This document shows, piece by piece, positions 48,191 through 58,334 of a DNA stretch of 64,000 nt. The stretch comes from an uncultured Bacteroidales bacterium. Lineage in GTDB: Bacteria > Bacillota_I > Bacilli_A > ML615J-28 > CAG-698. Numbering within the stretch: the stretch's first letter is position 1; every line of letters starts with the position of its first letter. Made by a program: the position numbers and the translations under genes. The stretch is taken from the NCBI GenBank assembly GCA_964407835.1, contig CAYOXB010000002.1:11876-75875 (forward strand), in the 5' to 3' direction. The notes beneath the pieces were generated by a model that saw only the letters and a program-made list of their open reading frames with translations, ran no database searches and was not told where the DNA came from.

Positions 48191-49043
48191 CATTTTCCTT
48201 CATTATTTGATTCTTAAATATCCTATATATTTCTCTTGCCATTAATGCATCTTCAAAGGCATCATGGGATTGTCCTTCTTGTTCAATTCCACTAAACTCT
48301 TCATAAGTGTTAAAAAGCCCTAAATCCACTCGTTGATTATAATAGTTCTTCACAACTTGCATTAAGTTTATATATCGCTCTTTTATATTAAGTGGTTTTA
48401 ATCTATTTATTTTAAACGATTGTTCTAGAGTTATAATATCGTTTCTTCCCCAAGCAATTATTTTTATATCATATTCATCAATTAAACGCTCTATAGTTTG
48501 ATATAGTTCAATATATTGAACCGCATCTTTAAAATCTTCTCTAGACTTATTTAAGAACTTTAAAGTTCTTAAATTAAGAGAAAAGTTACTTTTTGGTAGA
48601 ACTAAATTTTTATCTTCCAAAATTACATCACCCTTAGGATCTTCTAAAATCATCCCGTACTGAACTATTTCAGGAGTGTGGGCTTTTGATTGGTAATATG
48701 AAGGCAGGGAAAACTCTAAATCTAAAAATAATTTATAAACATTGTTTTCAAGTAAATCAATGACCCCTTGTTTTATTAAGTCAATATCAAAATATACTAT
48801 TTTACCACTAAATGTAGCAATAAATATTTTTTCAATTGCAATAACTTCATGAGCTGAATAAAAACCATATTTTGTCTTTTCTTTTTCCGCTTGAACAAAC
48901 ACAAAAGGATATTGATATAAATAATAAGAAAAGTCTTTAAAAAACTTACGCGACATATAGATGTAGTGTATTTGTTTTCTACTTTTTACTTTTATAATTC
49001 TTTCTCTTGGAATTACTTCCACTACTTTTCCTTTAATTAACAT
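48183..49043 (-). CDS. DEDD-family 3'-5' exonuclease domain protein with a ~100-aa N-terminal extension
   Basis: Exo I FLDLEFS, exo III …SHDAFEDALMAREIY (DEDDh); KapD/DnaQ-like. Confidence 0.7.
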   Translation of the reverse strand: MLIKGKVVEVIPRERIIKVKSRKQIHYIYMSRKFFKDFSYYLYQYPFVFVQAEKEKTKYGFYSAHEVIAIEKIFIATFSGKIVYFDIDLIKQGVIDLLENNVYKLFLDLEFSLPSYYQSKAHTPEIVQYGMILEDPKGDVILEDKNLVLPKSNFSLNLRTLKFLNKSREDFKDAVQYIELYQTIERLIDEYDIKIIAWGRNDIITLEQSFKINRLKPLNIKERYINLMQVVKNYYNQRVDLGLFNTYEEFSGIEQEGQSHDAFEDALMAREIYRIFKNQIMKENGK

Positions 49044-49059
49044 ATAAGTTAAGTTTCTC

Positions 49060-50808
49060 CTATTGTACTAATTTTAATATTTGTTCTATTTGCTCTTCGG
49101 TTAGTTTCATTTCTAATAGTTTGTCTTCAAATGTTTGAAAATTTGATTCTTTTAAAGCAAGAAGAATTTGTTTTTTCTTTACTTTGCCAATACCTTTAAT
49201 AGCATCTAGCCTTGAAGACAATGTGTTTTTAGAATGAACTAAGTGATGGAATGTAATTGCATATCTATGAACTTCATCTTGAAGATTTTCTAAAAAATGA
49301 AATAAATTTGATTTTTTATCTAAAGCTAGCTCTTCTTCATTATAAAATATATAACTAGTTCTGTGATTTGAATCTTTACCTAGTCCTGCAACAGGTATTG
49401 AAATCTCTAAATCATATAAAGCGCTCATTGCTGCATTAACTTGAATTTTGCCACCATCTACTATAATTAAATTCGGAAACTCTTTCTTTTCATTTTGTAG
49501 TCTAGAATATCTTCTTGAGATTACTTCATATATTGACTGATAATCATTGCTACCTTCTACTGTTTTTATTTTATATTTACGGTAGTTTTTCTTTTCTGGT
49601 AAGCCATCAATATAATTAACCATAGCACTTACACTATTTGCACCTTGAATATTTGAATTATCAAATACTTCAATATTATTTGGAGTAGCTATTTTTAATA
49701 ATTCACCAAGTGTAATTACAGCTCCATAAGTTCTTTCGTATTTATTTCTTTCTTGTTGGAGCAGACCACTTAGTTTAGCTTTTGCATTTTCATAAACTAA
49801 ATTGATATATTCTTTTTTCCTTCCAATCTTTGGAACAACAATATATTTTAATAATGATTCATCTATAGATGATATATCAATATCAGGTAAAAGTATTTCA
49901 ACTGGAAGTGGATTGTTATTTACAAAATAGAATTGACCAATGAAATTTAAAAACATTTCTTCAGCACTATCCATTAGTTCAAATAAAAATCCATTTCTTT
50001 CAACAGTCTTTTTACCTCTAATATGGAATACTTGAATGCTTATATGGTTTTCTTCTACATAATAGTTAAAGACATCAGTATCTGAAATATCAATTTCCAT
50101 CTTTTGTTTTACAGATATTGCTTCTAAATCATTAATTAAGTTTCTATATTCAATTGCTTTTTCAAACTTTTCTTCTTCACTAGCCTTATACATTAGTTTT
50201 TCTAATTTATTTTTTAGATCTTTTGTATCGCCTTTTAAGAATCTATGAATATTTGCAATTATCTCAGAATATGTTAATTCCTCTACTTCTTTAATACAAG
50301 GTCCTAAACACTGCTCTATATGATAATATAAGCATTCTTTTTTAGGCATGATTCTACATTTGCGAAGTGGATAAAATCTGTTTAAAAAATCAACTATTTC
50401 TTTTGCTGCATAACTATTTGGATATGGTCCATAGTATGTTCCTGGTTTTGATAAATCCCTTGTATAGTATAATCTTGGATGTTCTTCATCTGAAATACAA
50501 ATATATGGATATTGCTTATCATCCGTCAACATAATATTATATTTTGGATTGTGTTTTTTTATTAAATTAATTTCTAATATATACGCTTCTGTTTCACTAG
50601 ATGTAATAATGTAATCAAAGTCTACTATTTGGGAAACTAATTTTGTTGTTTTTGCATTATGAGACCCACGAAAATAAGACTTAACTCTGTTTGCTAAGTT
50701 CTTGGCTTTTCCAACATAGAGAATCTCTTTATTTGCACTGTACATTAAATAGCATCCAGGCTTCTTAGGTACAACTGCTAGTTTGCTTTCTATTTTATTT
50801 CTATCCAT
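49060..50808 (-). CDS. uvrC: Excinuclease ABC subunit C
   Basis: GIY-YIG N-terminus (…GCYLMYS…ILYVGKAKNLANRVKSYF), UvrBC interaction region, RNase H-like endonuclease and a (HhH)2 C-terminus. Confidence 0.95.
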   Translation of the reverse strand: MDRNKIESKLAVVPKKPGCYLMYSANKEILYVGKAKNLANRVKSYFRGSHNAKTTKLVSQIVDFDYIITSSETEAYILEINLIKKHNPKYNIMLTDDKQYPYICISDEEHPRLYYTRDLSKPGTYYGPYPNSYAAKEIVDFLNRFYPLRKCRIMPKKECLYYHIEQCLGPCIKEVEELTYSEIIANIHRFLKGDTKDLKNKLEKLMYKASEEEKFEKAIEYRNLINDLEAISVKQKMEIDISDTDVFNYYVEENHISIQVFHIRGKKTVERNGFLFELMDSAEEMFLNFIGQFYFVNNNPLPVEILLPDIDISSIDESLLKYIVVPKIGRKKEYINLVYENAKAKLSGLLQQERNKYERTYGAVITLGELLKIATPNNIEVFDNSNIQGANSVSAMVNYIDGLPEKKNYRKYKIKTVEGSNDYQSIYEVISRRYSRLQNEKKEFPNLIIVDGGKIQVNAAMSALYDLEISIPVAGLGKDSNHRTSYIFYNEEELALDKKSNLFHFLENLQDEVHRYAITFHHLVHSKNTLSSRLDAIKGIGKVKKKQILLALKESNFQTFEDKLLEMKLTEEQIEQILKLVQ

Positions 50809-50814
50809 AATACT

Positions 50815-50845
50815 TACCTCAAATAAGCCATATTTCTATGGCTTA
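50815..50845 (-). terminator. Hairpin between rbfA and uvrC (terminator/attenuator)
   Basis: AAATAAGCCATA-GAAA-TATGGCTTATTT; on the minus strand it is followed directly by the uvrC SD GAGGT. Confidence 0.55.
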
Positions 50846-51184
50846 TTTCTTTATGCTTGCAAGAATTCTTTCGATTTTTTCTCCCTGTTCTAGCGATTCA
50901 TCATATTTAAATTTTAAATCAGGAATTTTTCTTATTTTAATTTTTTTACTTAAAGAGCTTTTAATATAGCCCTTTGCTTCTAATAAGTTTTTAGATGTTG
51001 ATTCTTTTTGTTCATCTGTACCAATAACAGTATAGTAAACTGTTGCAATTGAATAATCATTTGTAACTGAAACTTTAGTTATAGTAACAAATCTTAATCT
51101 ATCATCTTTAACTTCTAAACGAATAATACTACTAATTTCTCTTTCGAGAGTTTTTTCTAATCTTTCTTGTTTATAAGCCATCAT
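50843..51184 (-). CDS. rbfA: 30S ribosome-binding factor RbfA
   Basis: KH-like RbfA pattern (…RLRFVTITKVSVTNDYSIATVYY…); operon position after infB. Confidence 0.9.
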   Translation of the reverse strand: MMAYKQERLEKTLEREISSIIRLEVKDDRLRFVTITKVSVTNDYSIATVYYTVIGTDEQKESTSKNLLEAKGYIKSSLSKKIKIRKIPDLKFKYDESLEQGEKIERILASIKK

Positions 51185-53502
51185 TACACCTGCTTTACTT
51201 TTACCATAGTATAGGCTTCTATTACATCGCCTACCTTAATATCATTATAGTTTTCAATAGTGATACCACATTCAAAGCCTAGTTTAACTTCTCTAACATC
51301 ATCTTTAAAGCGTTTCAAAGATGAAAGCTTGCCTTCATAAATAACGATAGTGTCTCTCATTAAGCGAATATCAGAGTTTCTAATTATTGAACCACTAGTT
51401 ACATAACAACCAGCAATAGTACCAATCTTAGATGCTTTGAAAATATCTCTTACTTCTGCTTGACCAAGTACTTGTTCTTCAAATACAGGATCTAACATAC
51501 CAGTCATAGCTTTTTCAATATCTTCTAAAACTTTATAAATGATATTATACATTCTTATTTCAATGTTTTTCTCTTTTGCATAATCAGTTATATTAGCTAC
51601 AGGGCGAACATTAAATGCAATAATAATACTATTAGATGCAACTGCTAAGTTAATATCATTTTCATTAATAGCACCAACACCACATCTAACTATATTAATT
51701 TTCACTCCATCAACATCAAGTTTTTCAAGTGAAGTCTTAATTGCTTCAATAGAACCTTGAACATCACCTTTAACTATTAAGTTAAGTTCTTTATTATCTG
51801 AGTTAATATTATCAAATAGATTTGCAAGAGAAACTGGTGCACCTACACCCATTTCAATATTAAATGCTCTGTTCTTTCTTTCTTCAGCAATAAGTCTTGC
51901 TGTTTTTTCATCTTCAAAAACCATGAAGTGATCTCCAGCTAACGGAACTAGGTCTAAGCCTGTAATTTCAACAGCTTTAGATGGTCCTGCATTTTTAAGT
52001 AAAACATTCGTTTCATCAGTCATTGATCGAACTTTTCCGAATGCATTTCCAACTACTACTGGATCTCCAATTCTAATTGTTCCATTTTGAACAAGTAAAG
52101 TTGCAACAGGTCCTCTTCCACGATCTAGCTTTGCTTCGACAACTAAACCAACACCTAAACGGTTTGGATTAGCTTTGAAGTTTTCAATTTCTGCAGTTAA
52201 GTTAATCATTTCTAATAACTCGTCTACACCTTGTCCTGTTAAAGCTGAAATAGGAACATAAATTGTGCTTCCACCCCATTCTTCAGGAACTAAGTTTAAG
52301 TTAGCTAGTTCTTGTTTTACTTTATCTGGATTAGCTTGTGGCTTATCCATCTTGTTTATTGCAACAACAATTGGAACTTTAGCAGCTCTAGCATGATCAA
52401 TTGCTTCTTTTGTTTGTGGCATTACACCATCATCAGCAGCAACAACTAAAATTACTATATCAGTTACGTTTGCACCACGTGCACGCATTTCAGTAAATGC
52501 AGAGTGACCTGGCGTATCAATAAATGTAATTACTTTTCCATCTGTCTTAACTTGATAAGCACCGATATGTTGAGTAATTCCACCTGCTTCACCTTTTACT
52601 ACTTTAGAATTTCTAATTGTATCTAGTAATGTAGTTTTACCGTGGTCAACATGACCCATAATTGTAACTATTGGTGGTCTACCAACTAAGTTCTCTTCTG
52701 CATCTTCGATTTTAATTTCTTCAAATCTAGTAATATCTTCTAAGATTTTATCTTTAACTGTAAATTCATAGTCTTCTGCAATTATTTCTACCATTTCTTT
52801 TTCTAATGCTTGAGAAGCACTAACCATAAAACCTAGCATAACTAATTTCTTAACTACCTCACCAATTGAAGTTTGAAGACCATCTGCAAGTTGAGCAACT
52901 GTCATCCCCGGAGTAAAAACAATTTCTTTAGCCTTAGCTTTTTCACTACCAGTAATATTAGCTTGGCGTCCTCCGCGTTTGCTTGCTTTTCTTTTTACAT
53001 TTTTAAGTCTAGTGTATACTTTAGTTTCTTTTTCATAATCATTATATTTATCATCATAAACTCTAGTTAATTCTAGTTCATCTTGATCTTCAACAACCGG
53101 CTTTGCTTTTGGTGCTGGTTTTTGTGCTGGTTTTTGCACCGGCTTTGCTTGTGGAGCTTTTGGCTTTTCAACTGGTTTTGCAGCTGGTTTTGCTTGAGTT
53201 GGAGCTTTTGGCTTTTCAACTGGTTTTTGTGTTTTTACATCTGCTGGTTTTGCCTTTTCTACAACTGGTTTCGCTTCCACTTTTGGTGCTGCTTCTTTTT
53301 CAGGTTTTTTGGCAGGTGCTGGTGCTGCTGGTTTTTTAGCTTTTGCTGGTTTAATATCTACATTATAAACTTTGCTAAGTTTTTTAATAATGTCTTGACT
53401 AATGTCTGTTTCCAAATCTGCTTTAATTCCAACATTATCAAGTTTTTTTAGTAGCTCTTCAGCTGGAACATTGAGTATTTCTAATATTTCTTTAACTTTC
53501 AT
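51184..53502 (-). CDS. infB: Translation initiation factor IF-2
   Basis: G-domain [21 protein letters not shown], and a K/P/A-rich N-terminal linker. Start moved to MKVKEIL (GGAGGTG 8 nt upstream). Confidence 0.95.
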   Translation of the reverse strand: MKVKEILEILNVPAEELLKKLDNVGIKADLETDISQDIIKKLSKVYNVDIKPAKAKKPAAPAPAKKPEKEAAPKVEAKPVVEKAKPADVKTQKPVEKPKAPTQAKPAAKPVEKPKAPQAKPVQKPAQKPAPKAKPVVEDQDELELTRVYDDKYNDYEKETKVYTRLKNVKRKASKRGGRQANITGSEKAKAKEIVFTPGMTVAQLADGLQTSIGEVVKKLVMLGFMVSASQALEKEMVEIIAEDYEFTVKDKILEDITRFEEIKIEDAEENLVGRPPIVTIMGHVDHGKTTLLDTIRNSKVVKGEAGGITQHIGAYQVKTDGKVITFIDTPGHSAFTEMRARGANVTDIVILVVAADDGVMPQTKEAIDHARAAKVPIVVAINKMDKPQANPDKVKQELANLNLVPEEWGGSTIYVPISALTGQGVDELLEMINLTAEIENFKANPNRLGVGLVVEAKLDRGRGPVATLLVQNGTIRIGDPVVVGNAFGKVRSMTDETNVLLKNAGPSKAVEITGLDLVPLAGDHFMVFEDEKTARLIAEERKNRAFNIEMGVGAPVSLANLFDNINSDNKELNLIVKGDVQGSIEAIKTSLEKLDVDGVKINIVRCGVGAINENDINLAVASNSIIIAFNVRPVANITDYAKEKNIEIRMYNIIYKVLEDIEKAMTGMLDPVFEEQVLGQAEVRDIFKASKIGTIAGCYVTSGSIIRNSDIRLMRDTIVIYEGKLSSLKRFKDDVREVKLGFECGITIENYNDIKVGDVIEAYTMVKVKQV
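53153..53248. repeat. 48-nt direct tandem duplication inside the infB linker region
   Basis: GGAGCTTTTGGCTTTTCAACTGGTTTT occurs at 53153 and again 48 nt later (53201); it encodes KPVEKPKAP…KPVEKPKAP. Confidence 0.7.
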
Positions 53503-53824
53503 TTTCTGCACCTCCTTCTAAATTTTTATAAATGCTTTCAGAAAAACCTTGATCTGTTATACCTAAAACTTTACACATAGGTTTTCCCGTTGCTTGTGAT
53601 AGTTCATCACAAGTAAAGTTATTATTAAATTTTACTTCATAAAAGTAAGTTTTTTTATTAAATTGGTCTATTTGTCTTTTTGATGCATCACTTGCAACAA
53701 AGACAATTTTTAAATCATTATGTCTTAAACTTTTTAAAACAGTATCTTCACCAGTTACTAGTTTTCCTGCTCTTTTAGCTAGGCCTAATAAATTCAATAC
53801 TTGTTTTTTATTCAATAGAATCAC
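53492..53824 (-). CDS. ylxQ: L7Ae-family ribosomal-protein-like YlxQ
   Basis: …[17 protein letters not shown]…; 11-nt overlap with the infB start carrying the infB SD. Confidence 0.85.
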   Translation of the reverse strand: MILLNKKQVLNLLGLAKRAGKLVTGEDTVLKSLRHNDLKIVFVASDASKRQIDQFNKKTYFYEVKFNNNFTCDELSQATGKPMCKVLGITDQGFSESIYKNLEGGAENES

Positions 53825-54080
53825 CTAGTTCACTTAATAATTGATCGTATACACTATCTGGAACTTTAATTTCTAAGTGTCTATCTAATATCCTTTTGCT
53901 TTTTGCAAGCAAAATCGCTTCTTTATTTTTTGATAAATAAGCGCCGCGACCTTTTGCTTTTCCTGTTGGGTCAACTACTGCTACTTGCTCTTCGGTTCTA
54001 ACTATCCTAAACATTTCTTTTTTAGGATATTGATTGTTTGTAGCTACGCACTTTCTTAATGGAACTTTCTTTTGTTTCAT
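53808..54080 (-). CDS. ylxR: YlxR (DUF448) RNA-binding protein
   Basis: …PLRKCVATNNQYPKKEMFRIV…; nusA-infB operon position. Confidence 0.85.
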   Translation of the reverse strand: MKQKKVPLRKCVATNNQYPKKEMFRIVRTEEQVAVVDPTGKAKGRGAYLSKNKEAILLAKSKRILDRHLEIKVPDSVYDQLLSELGDSIE

Positions 54081-54106
54081 CTGTCCACCTCTTAGTTAGT
54101 ATTATA

Positions 54107-55168
54107 CTAAACTTCTAACCCTTCTTCTTTTGCATCGGTTTCATTTTTAATATCTATTTTCCAACCAATTGCATAAGCTGCAAGTCTTGCATTTTGACCT
54201 CTTTTTCCAATTGCAAGAGAATACTGATCATCTGCAACTATTACAGTTGCTTCTTTTGTTTTCTCATCTGCAATTACACTAAGCGTTCTAGCAGGCAAAA
54301 GCGCCTCAGAAATAAGTTCTTCTGCTGTTTCTTTCCAAGTAAAGATGTCAATTTTTTCACCATTTAAGATTTCATTAATTCTTCTTATTCTTAAACCACC
54401 TTGGCCAACACAAGCACCTTTTGGATCAAGACCAGTTTTAAGTGATAAAACACCAATCTTAGTTCTGTCTCCTGGATCTCTTGAGATTCCCATAATTTCG
54501 ATTGATCCATCAGCGATCTCAGGAATTTCAAGTTCAAATAATCTCTTCACAATTTCTCTATTAGTTCTTGTAAGGAATATTTTGGGCCCTTTTGTTGTTC
54601 TTTCAACTTTTGTTATATAAACTTTCTTTTCAGTTCCTACTTCAAATGTTTCTCCAGGTAATCCTTCTTTTTCTGGCATATTAGCTATTACACCTTTACC
54701 AACATGAAAAGATACAAAGCCATTTGAAAAATCAACTACTTTTGCATTCACAACTTCGCCTACTTTGTCTTCAAAATAAACATATTGATCTTCACGTTCT
54801 AATTCTTTCAAACCACCTAAAAGACTTTGTTTGAAAACTGAAGCTGCTTTCTTTGAAAACTTATTCAAATTGATTTCTGTTCTAATTTCTTGGCCTACTT
54901 TAATTCTTGGTTTGATTTCCATTGCCTCTTCAAGTAAGATTTGGCCTCTTGGTCCTTCTGGGTCTACTTCGTCTACTACATATTTAAATTCAAAAACTCT
55001 TATTTTCTTTTTTTCAAAATCCCATTCAGAGATGATTTCTCCAGAAAACCCACTATTACGACTAGCAACTGAAATTGCTACTTCAACTTTTTTTAATACT
55101 TCTTCTAAATCTAAGCCTCTTTCGTAACTAAGTTCTTCTAAAGATTCATAAAAGCTTTTACTAATCAT
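54107..55168 (-). CDS. nusA: Transcription termination/antitermination factor NusA
   Basis: N-terminal domain, S1, and tandem KH (…IGKRGQNARLA…). Confidence 0.95.
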   Translation of the reverse strand: MISKSFYESLEELSYERGLDLEEVLKKVEVAISVASRNSGFSGEIISEWDFEKKKIRVFEFKYVVDEVDPEGPRGQILLEEAMEIKPRIKVGQEIRTEINLNKFSKKAASVFKQSLLGGLKELEREDQYVYFEDKVGEVVNAKVVDFSNGFVSFHVGKGVIANMPEKEGLPGETFEVGTEKKVYITKVERTTKGPKIFLTRTNREIVKRLFELEIPEIADGSIEIMGISRDPGDRTKIGVLSLKTGLDPKGACVGQGGLRIRRINEILNGEKIDIFTWKETAEELISEALLPARTLSVIADEKTKEATVIVADDQYSLAIGKRGQNARLAAYAIGWKIDIKNETDAKEEGLEV

Positions 55169-55182
55169 TTTTAATTCTCCTC

Positions 55183-55647
55183 CTAAAATTTAACCGCTAA
55201 TCTAATTTTTGCTATTTTATCTCTAGCAAAACTAATTGTTTGGTCAGTACCTTTACTATTAATTTTTATTTTAATTTCTTTTTCTGTAACTTCTTCTAAG
55301 TCACCATAAAATTCTTTTTTACCTAATTGCTTTGCATATAACCTAATACAAACATATTTACCAATTGAATCGTTAATATCAAACTCTGAATTTAATTCTT
55401 TTTCTATTCCTTCAGATGATACTTCTAAATAATACTCTTCTTCAATTAAATCAAGTCTATCTAGTTCGTCTCCAATTAATTTATTTAAATCTGCAGAATC
55501 ATCAATTGAAAAGAACGTATCCTTTTTCGCAATTACTCTTAAGATTTTAAGTCCCATTTCATTCACAAATTCAACGCTAACTATTTCTAAGCCTAGCTCG
55601 TCTGCACATTTATTTGCTATATCTTCTATTTGCTTCATTCTACTCAT
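55183..55647 (-). CDS. rimP: Ribosome maturation factor RimP
   Basis: MSRMKQIEDIANKCADELGLEIVSVEF… aligns with the RimP N-terminus; the track's GTG start at 55692 lies inside a leader hairpin. Confidence 0.85.
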   Translation of the reverse strand: MSRMKQIEDIANKCADELGLEIVSVEFVNEMGLKILRVIAKKDTFFSIDDSADLNKLIGDELDRLDLIEEEYYLEVSSEGIEKELNSEFDINDSIGKYVCIRLYAKQLGKKEFYGDLEEVTEKEIKIKINSKGTDQTISFARDKIAKIRLAVKF

Positions 55648-55715
55648 AATAAAACCCCACATATGATTATTTAAAGGAGTGAGAAATCTCACTCCTTCAT
55701 TTTAATACCTTACTA

Positions 55716-55744
55716 ATTATAACATTAAGTTATTTGCTTGTCAA
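55716..55744 (-). promoter_or_regulatory. Sigma-A promoter of the rimP-nusA-infB operon
   Basis: Minus strand: TTGACA – 17 nt – TATAAT. Confidence 0.65.
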
Positions 55745-55757
55745 ACCAAAAGAAAAA

Positions 55758-57485
55758 TTAATTAATTTTCGTTGGAAGAGTTGAATATAAGATTACTGAC
55801 TCATCATATCCAGTACTTGCATTAGTGATTTTTACTTGATAAGAAATTAATCTTGAAATATCATCTAGTTTAATAATTCTACCAGAATTATCAACATATT
55901 CTGGAGAATCTGAAATGAATTCAATTGTATAACCTGCTAGTTCTTCAAGTATTAAATACTCCGCATAAATCATATCTAGCACATTATTATATAAACCTGT
56001 AGCTCTTAACACAGCAGGACAGTCTTTTCCAGAAAAATAATTATGTTGACGAATATCTGTAATATCTAAATTGTGTTTAGATAGTAATGAAGACATTAAT
56101 TTAGCCGTTCTATGCCAAGTTGTAAATAGATTACTTCCTTTATTAATAGTAGTTTCAATACCAATAGCAGTTGAGTAAGCTAAATAAGTATCTCCTTGGA
56201 AAGTAATTTCATCATCCGGGATATGTTGGATTATTTCATCTTCATCAACAGTATAGTTCCAAGATCTAAAACCGTAGAGCCTGCCTCCGTTTAGTACTTG
56301 AACTGTTCTATTACCAGTACCAACCATATAAATAGCATGCATTCTTGCAGTAGCGCCTGGACTAGAGTTTCCTGTGTCATGAAATGTAATATTAGAAATG
56401 CTTATTTTTTTAACTCCAGGTCTTACACTCCAAAACTCAACATCTTCAACTATTTGTGGCGTAACTATCTCTCCTACATATGGATTTGGTTTAGTATTGT
56501 TATATTGATCTTTTAAAACTGTATCAACAGGGATCAATTCAACTTTTAAATTCATGTCTGCTGCCCAGAATAAGTTTACACTTCCATAAATTAAATCATT
56601 TACATTAGGATCTAAATTACTCTTAGCTCGCATATGTACTGGATTTGATACATTGAACTTCTTTAATAAATCAATTGGATCAACTTCCACAACCACTGTA
56701 TATACTCCTACTTTACCACTTTCAACTGAGGTTGCTGTAATATCAACCTCACCAGATCGGTGAGTAGTTACTTTCCCATTTTGATCAACTGTTGCAATAG
56801 CTTCATCACTACTTGCCCATACAACGTCTTTGTTTGCCTCATTTGGATAAACAACATGAGTTAATTGCACTTCATCAAGCAATAATATTGGTGAAGTTTG
56901 TGCTCTTACAACTTCAATTGATTCTACATTTGGAATTAACACAGTAATTTCAATAACCTCCATTGCACCTGTTAAGTTAGAAACAATACCTATTTCTACG
57001 ACCCCAGGTTTTATGCCCTTCACAACACCCGTTTGATCAACTGTTGCGATTGTTGTTTTATCTGAATACCAAGTTACATTTGAACCTAGTTTTTCATCAG
57101 TTGCAGTTAACGTAATTGTTTGACCAGCATATACCTTAGTTGGCCCAGCAATTTGAATATTTCTTTCTTCAACAACTACTTTAATAGTTGCGCTTATTTC
57201 TGGTTTGCCATCAAGGCTTGCAGTTATTGTAACTTCCCCACCCTTTAGAGCTTCTACTAAACCATTTCTGTCAACTTTTACTATTTCTTGGTTGCTAGAT
57301 TTATATAGTATTTTTAAATCACTATTTGTTTTAAAATCTAGCTGTTTAGTATCAAATACATTCATTGTTATTTCAGCTTCTAAATTATTAGTTATTTCAA
57401 ATTCTTCACTATTACAACCAATTAATACTCTAACTAATAGTATTGCAATAAAAACTGTTAAAGCACCTTTAAATACTTGTTTCAT
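55758..57485 (-). CDS. Lipoprotein with tandem Big_2 (bacterial Ig-like) domains and a C-terminal amidase_2/PGRP N-acetylmuramoyl-L-alanine amidase domain
   Basis: Lipobox LIGC; repeated …V.V…G.VTA…G.A.ITATS… Big_2 units; C-terminal …FHDTGNSSPGATARMH… and …HNYFSGKDCPA amidase_2 Zn-ligand pattern. Confidence 0.7.
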   Translation of the reverse strand: MKQVFKGALTVFIAILLVRVLIGCNSEEFEITNNLEAEITMNVFDTKQLDFKTNSDLKILYKSSNQEIVKVDRNGLVEALKGGEVTITASLDGKPEISATIKVVVEERNIQIAGPTKVYAGQTITLTATDEKLGSNVTWYSDKTTIATVDQTGVVKGIKPGVVEIGIVSNLTGAMEVIEITVLIPNVESIEVVRAQTSPILLLDEVQLTHVVYPNEANKDVVWASSDEAIATVDQNGKVTTHRSGEVDITATSVESGKVGVYTVVVEVDPIDLLKKFNVSNPVHMRAKSNLDPNVNDLIYGSVNLFWAADMNLKVELIPVDTVLKDQYNNTKPNPYVGEIVTPQIVEDVEFWSVRPGVKKISISNITFHDTGNSSPGATARMHAIYMVGTGNRTVQVLNGGRLYGFRSWNYTVDEDEIIQHIPDDEITFQGDTYLAYSTAIGIETTINKGSNLFTTWHRTAKLMSSLLSKHNLDITDIRQHNYFSGKDCPAVLRATGLYNNVLDMIYAEYLILEELAGYTIEFISDSPEYVDNSGRIIKLDDISRLISYQVKITNASTGYDESVILYSTLPTKIN

Positions 57486-57495
57486 TCTTCCTCCA

Positions 57496-57993
57496 TTATT
57501 TCTTTTCGTCTTTTTTTATTAAACTTAAATCAACATGACAATATCCATATGGATTTTTATCTAAATAATCTTGATGGTAGTCTTCTGCTAAGTAAAATCC
57601 TTGTTCTTTTTTAACCTCAACAGCTACTTTGTTATTATATTTTAAATTCATCTCAAGAATGAATTTATCAATAACTTCCTTATCATCTAGATTTTCATAA
57701 TAAATACCAGTACGGTATTGAATTCCAAAATCTCCACCCTGCCTGTTTAGGCTGGTAGGTTCTATAAATCTAAACATATGTTCCAATATTTTAACTAAAG
57801 ATATTAGGCTTTCGTCATAATATATCTCTACAGCCTCAGCATGCGTAGCTCTTCCAGCTAATAAATCTTCATAGCTTGGACTAGCAATATTTCCATTTAC
57901 ATAGCCAGCATTTGTATTGATAATGCCTTTTAACTTTTTATAGTATGCTTCTACTCCCCAAAAACATCCGCCTGCTATAACTATTCTTTTCAT
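57496..57993 (-). CDS. msrA: Peptide-methionine (S)-S-oxide reductase
   Basis: GGCFWG active site at the N-terminus. Confidence 0.95.
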   Translation of the reverse strand: MKRIVIAGGCFWGVEAYYKKLKGIINTNAGYVNGNIASPSYEDLLAGRATHAEAVEIYYDESLISLVKILEHMFRFIEPTSLNRQGGDFGIQYRTGIYYENLDDKEVIDKFILEMNLKYNNKVAVEVKKEQGFYLAEDYHQDYLDKNPYGYCHVDLSLIKKDEKK

Positions 57994-58001
57994 TTAAGCT
58001 C

Positions 58002-58334
58002 CTAATTATTAATACTTATATTAATTATAGATGATGATTTTATTTTTTTATCGCCAGCTTCTAATTCCAGTATAATTTCTTTTGTTGTGATATCTACCTT
58101 CTTAATTATACCACAATACTGTTCAATATAACCCCTATTAAAAATTTCAATTGTAATTATTTCTTTAGAATTTAAAGCTAAAGCTAACTTTCTTTCTTGT
58201 TCTTCGAGTTCATCAGGAAATAAAACAGGTTTTTTAATTTTCTCTTGTTCTTTCTTTGCTTTTTGAATTGAATCACCAAAACCTGTTAGAGCATCAAATG
58301 ATTGCCATTTACCTTTACGATCATTATTCGGCAT
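58002..58334 (-). CDS. YolD-like protein (Y-family polymerase accessory)
   Basis: 110 aa; 11-nt overlap with the upstream polymerase gene, the canonical yqjW-yqjX / uvrX-yolD arrangement. Confidence 0.6.
   Translation of the reverse strand: MPNNDRKGKWQSFDALTGFGDSIQKAKKEQEKIKKPVLFPDELEEQERKLALALNSKEIITIEIFNRGYIEQYCGIIKKVDITTKEIILELEAGDKKIKSSSIINISINN

Noticed and set aside
53083-53451. Two plus-strand ORFs (122 aa and 78 aa) rich in W/F/L/C opposite infB
   Set aside because: They lie antisense to the P/A/K-rich repetitive linker of IF-2 and are low-complexity artefacts of the repeat. They have no SD, and the infB frame is unambiguous.
55647-55692. Track start (GTG) of rimP at 55692, giving MRFLTPLNNHMWGFI… N-terminus
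   Set aside because: The GTG lies inside the perfect leader hairpin and overlaps its AAGGAG. The RimP family alignment begins at MSRMKQIEDI, so the downstream ATG was used.
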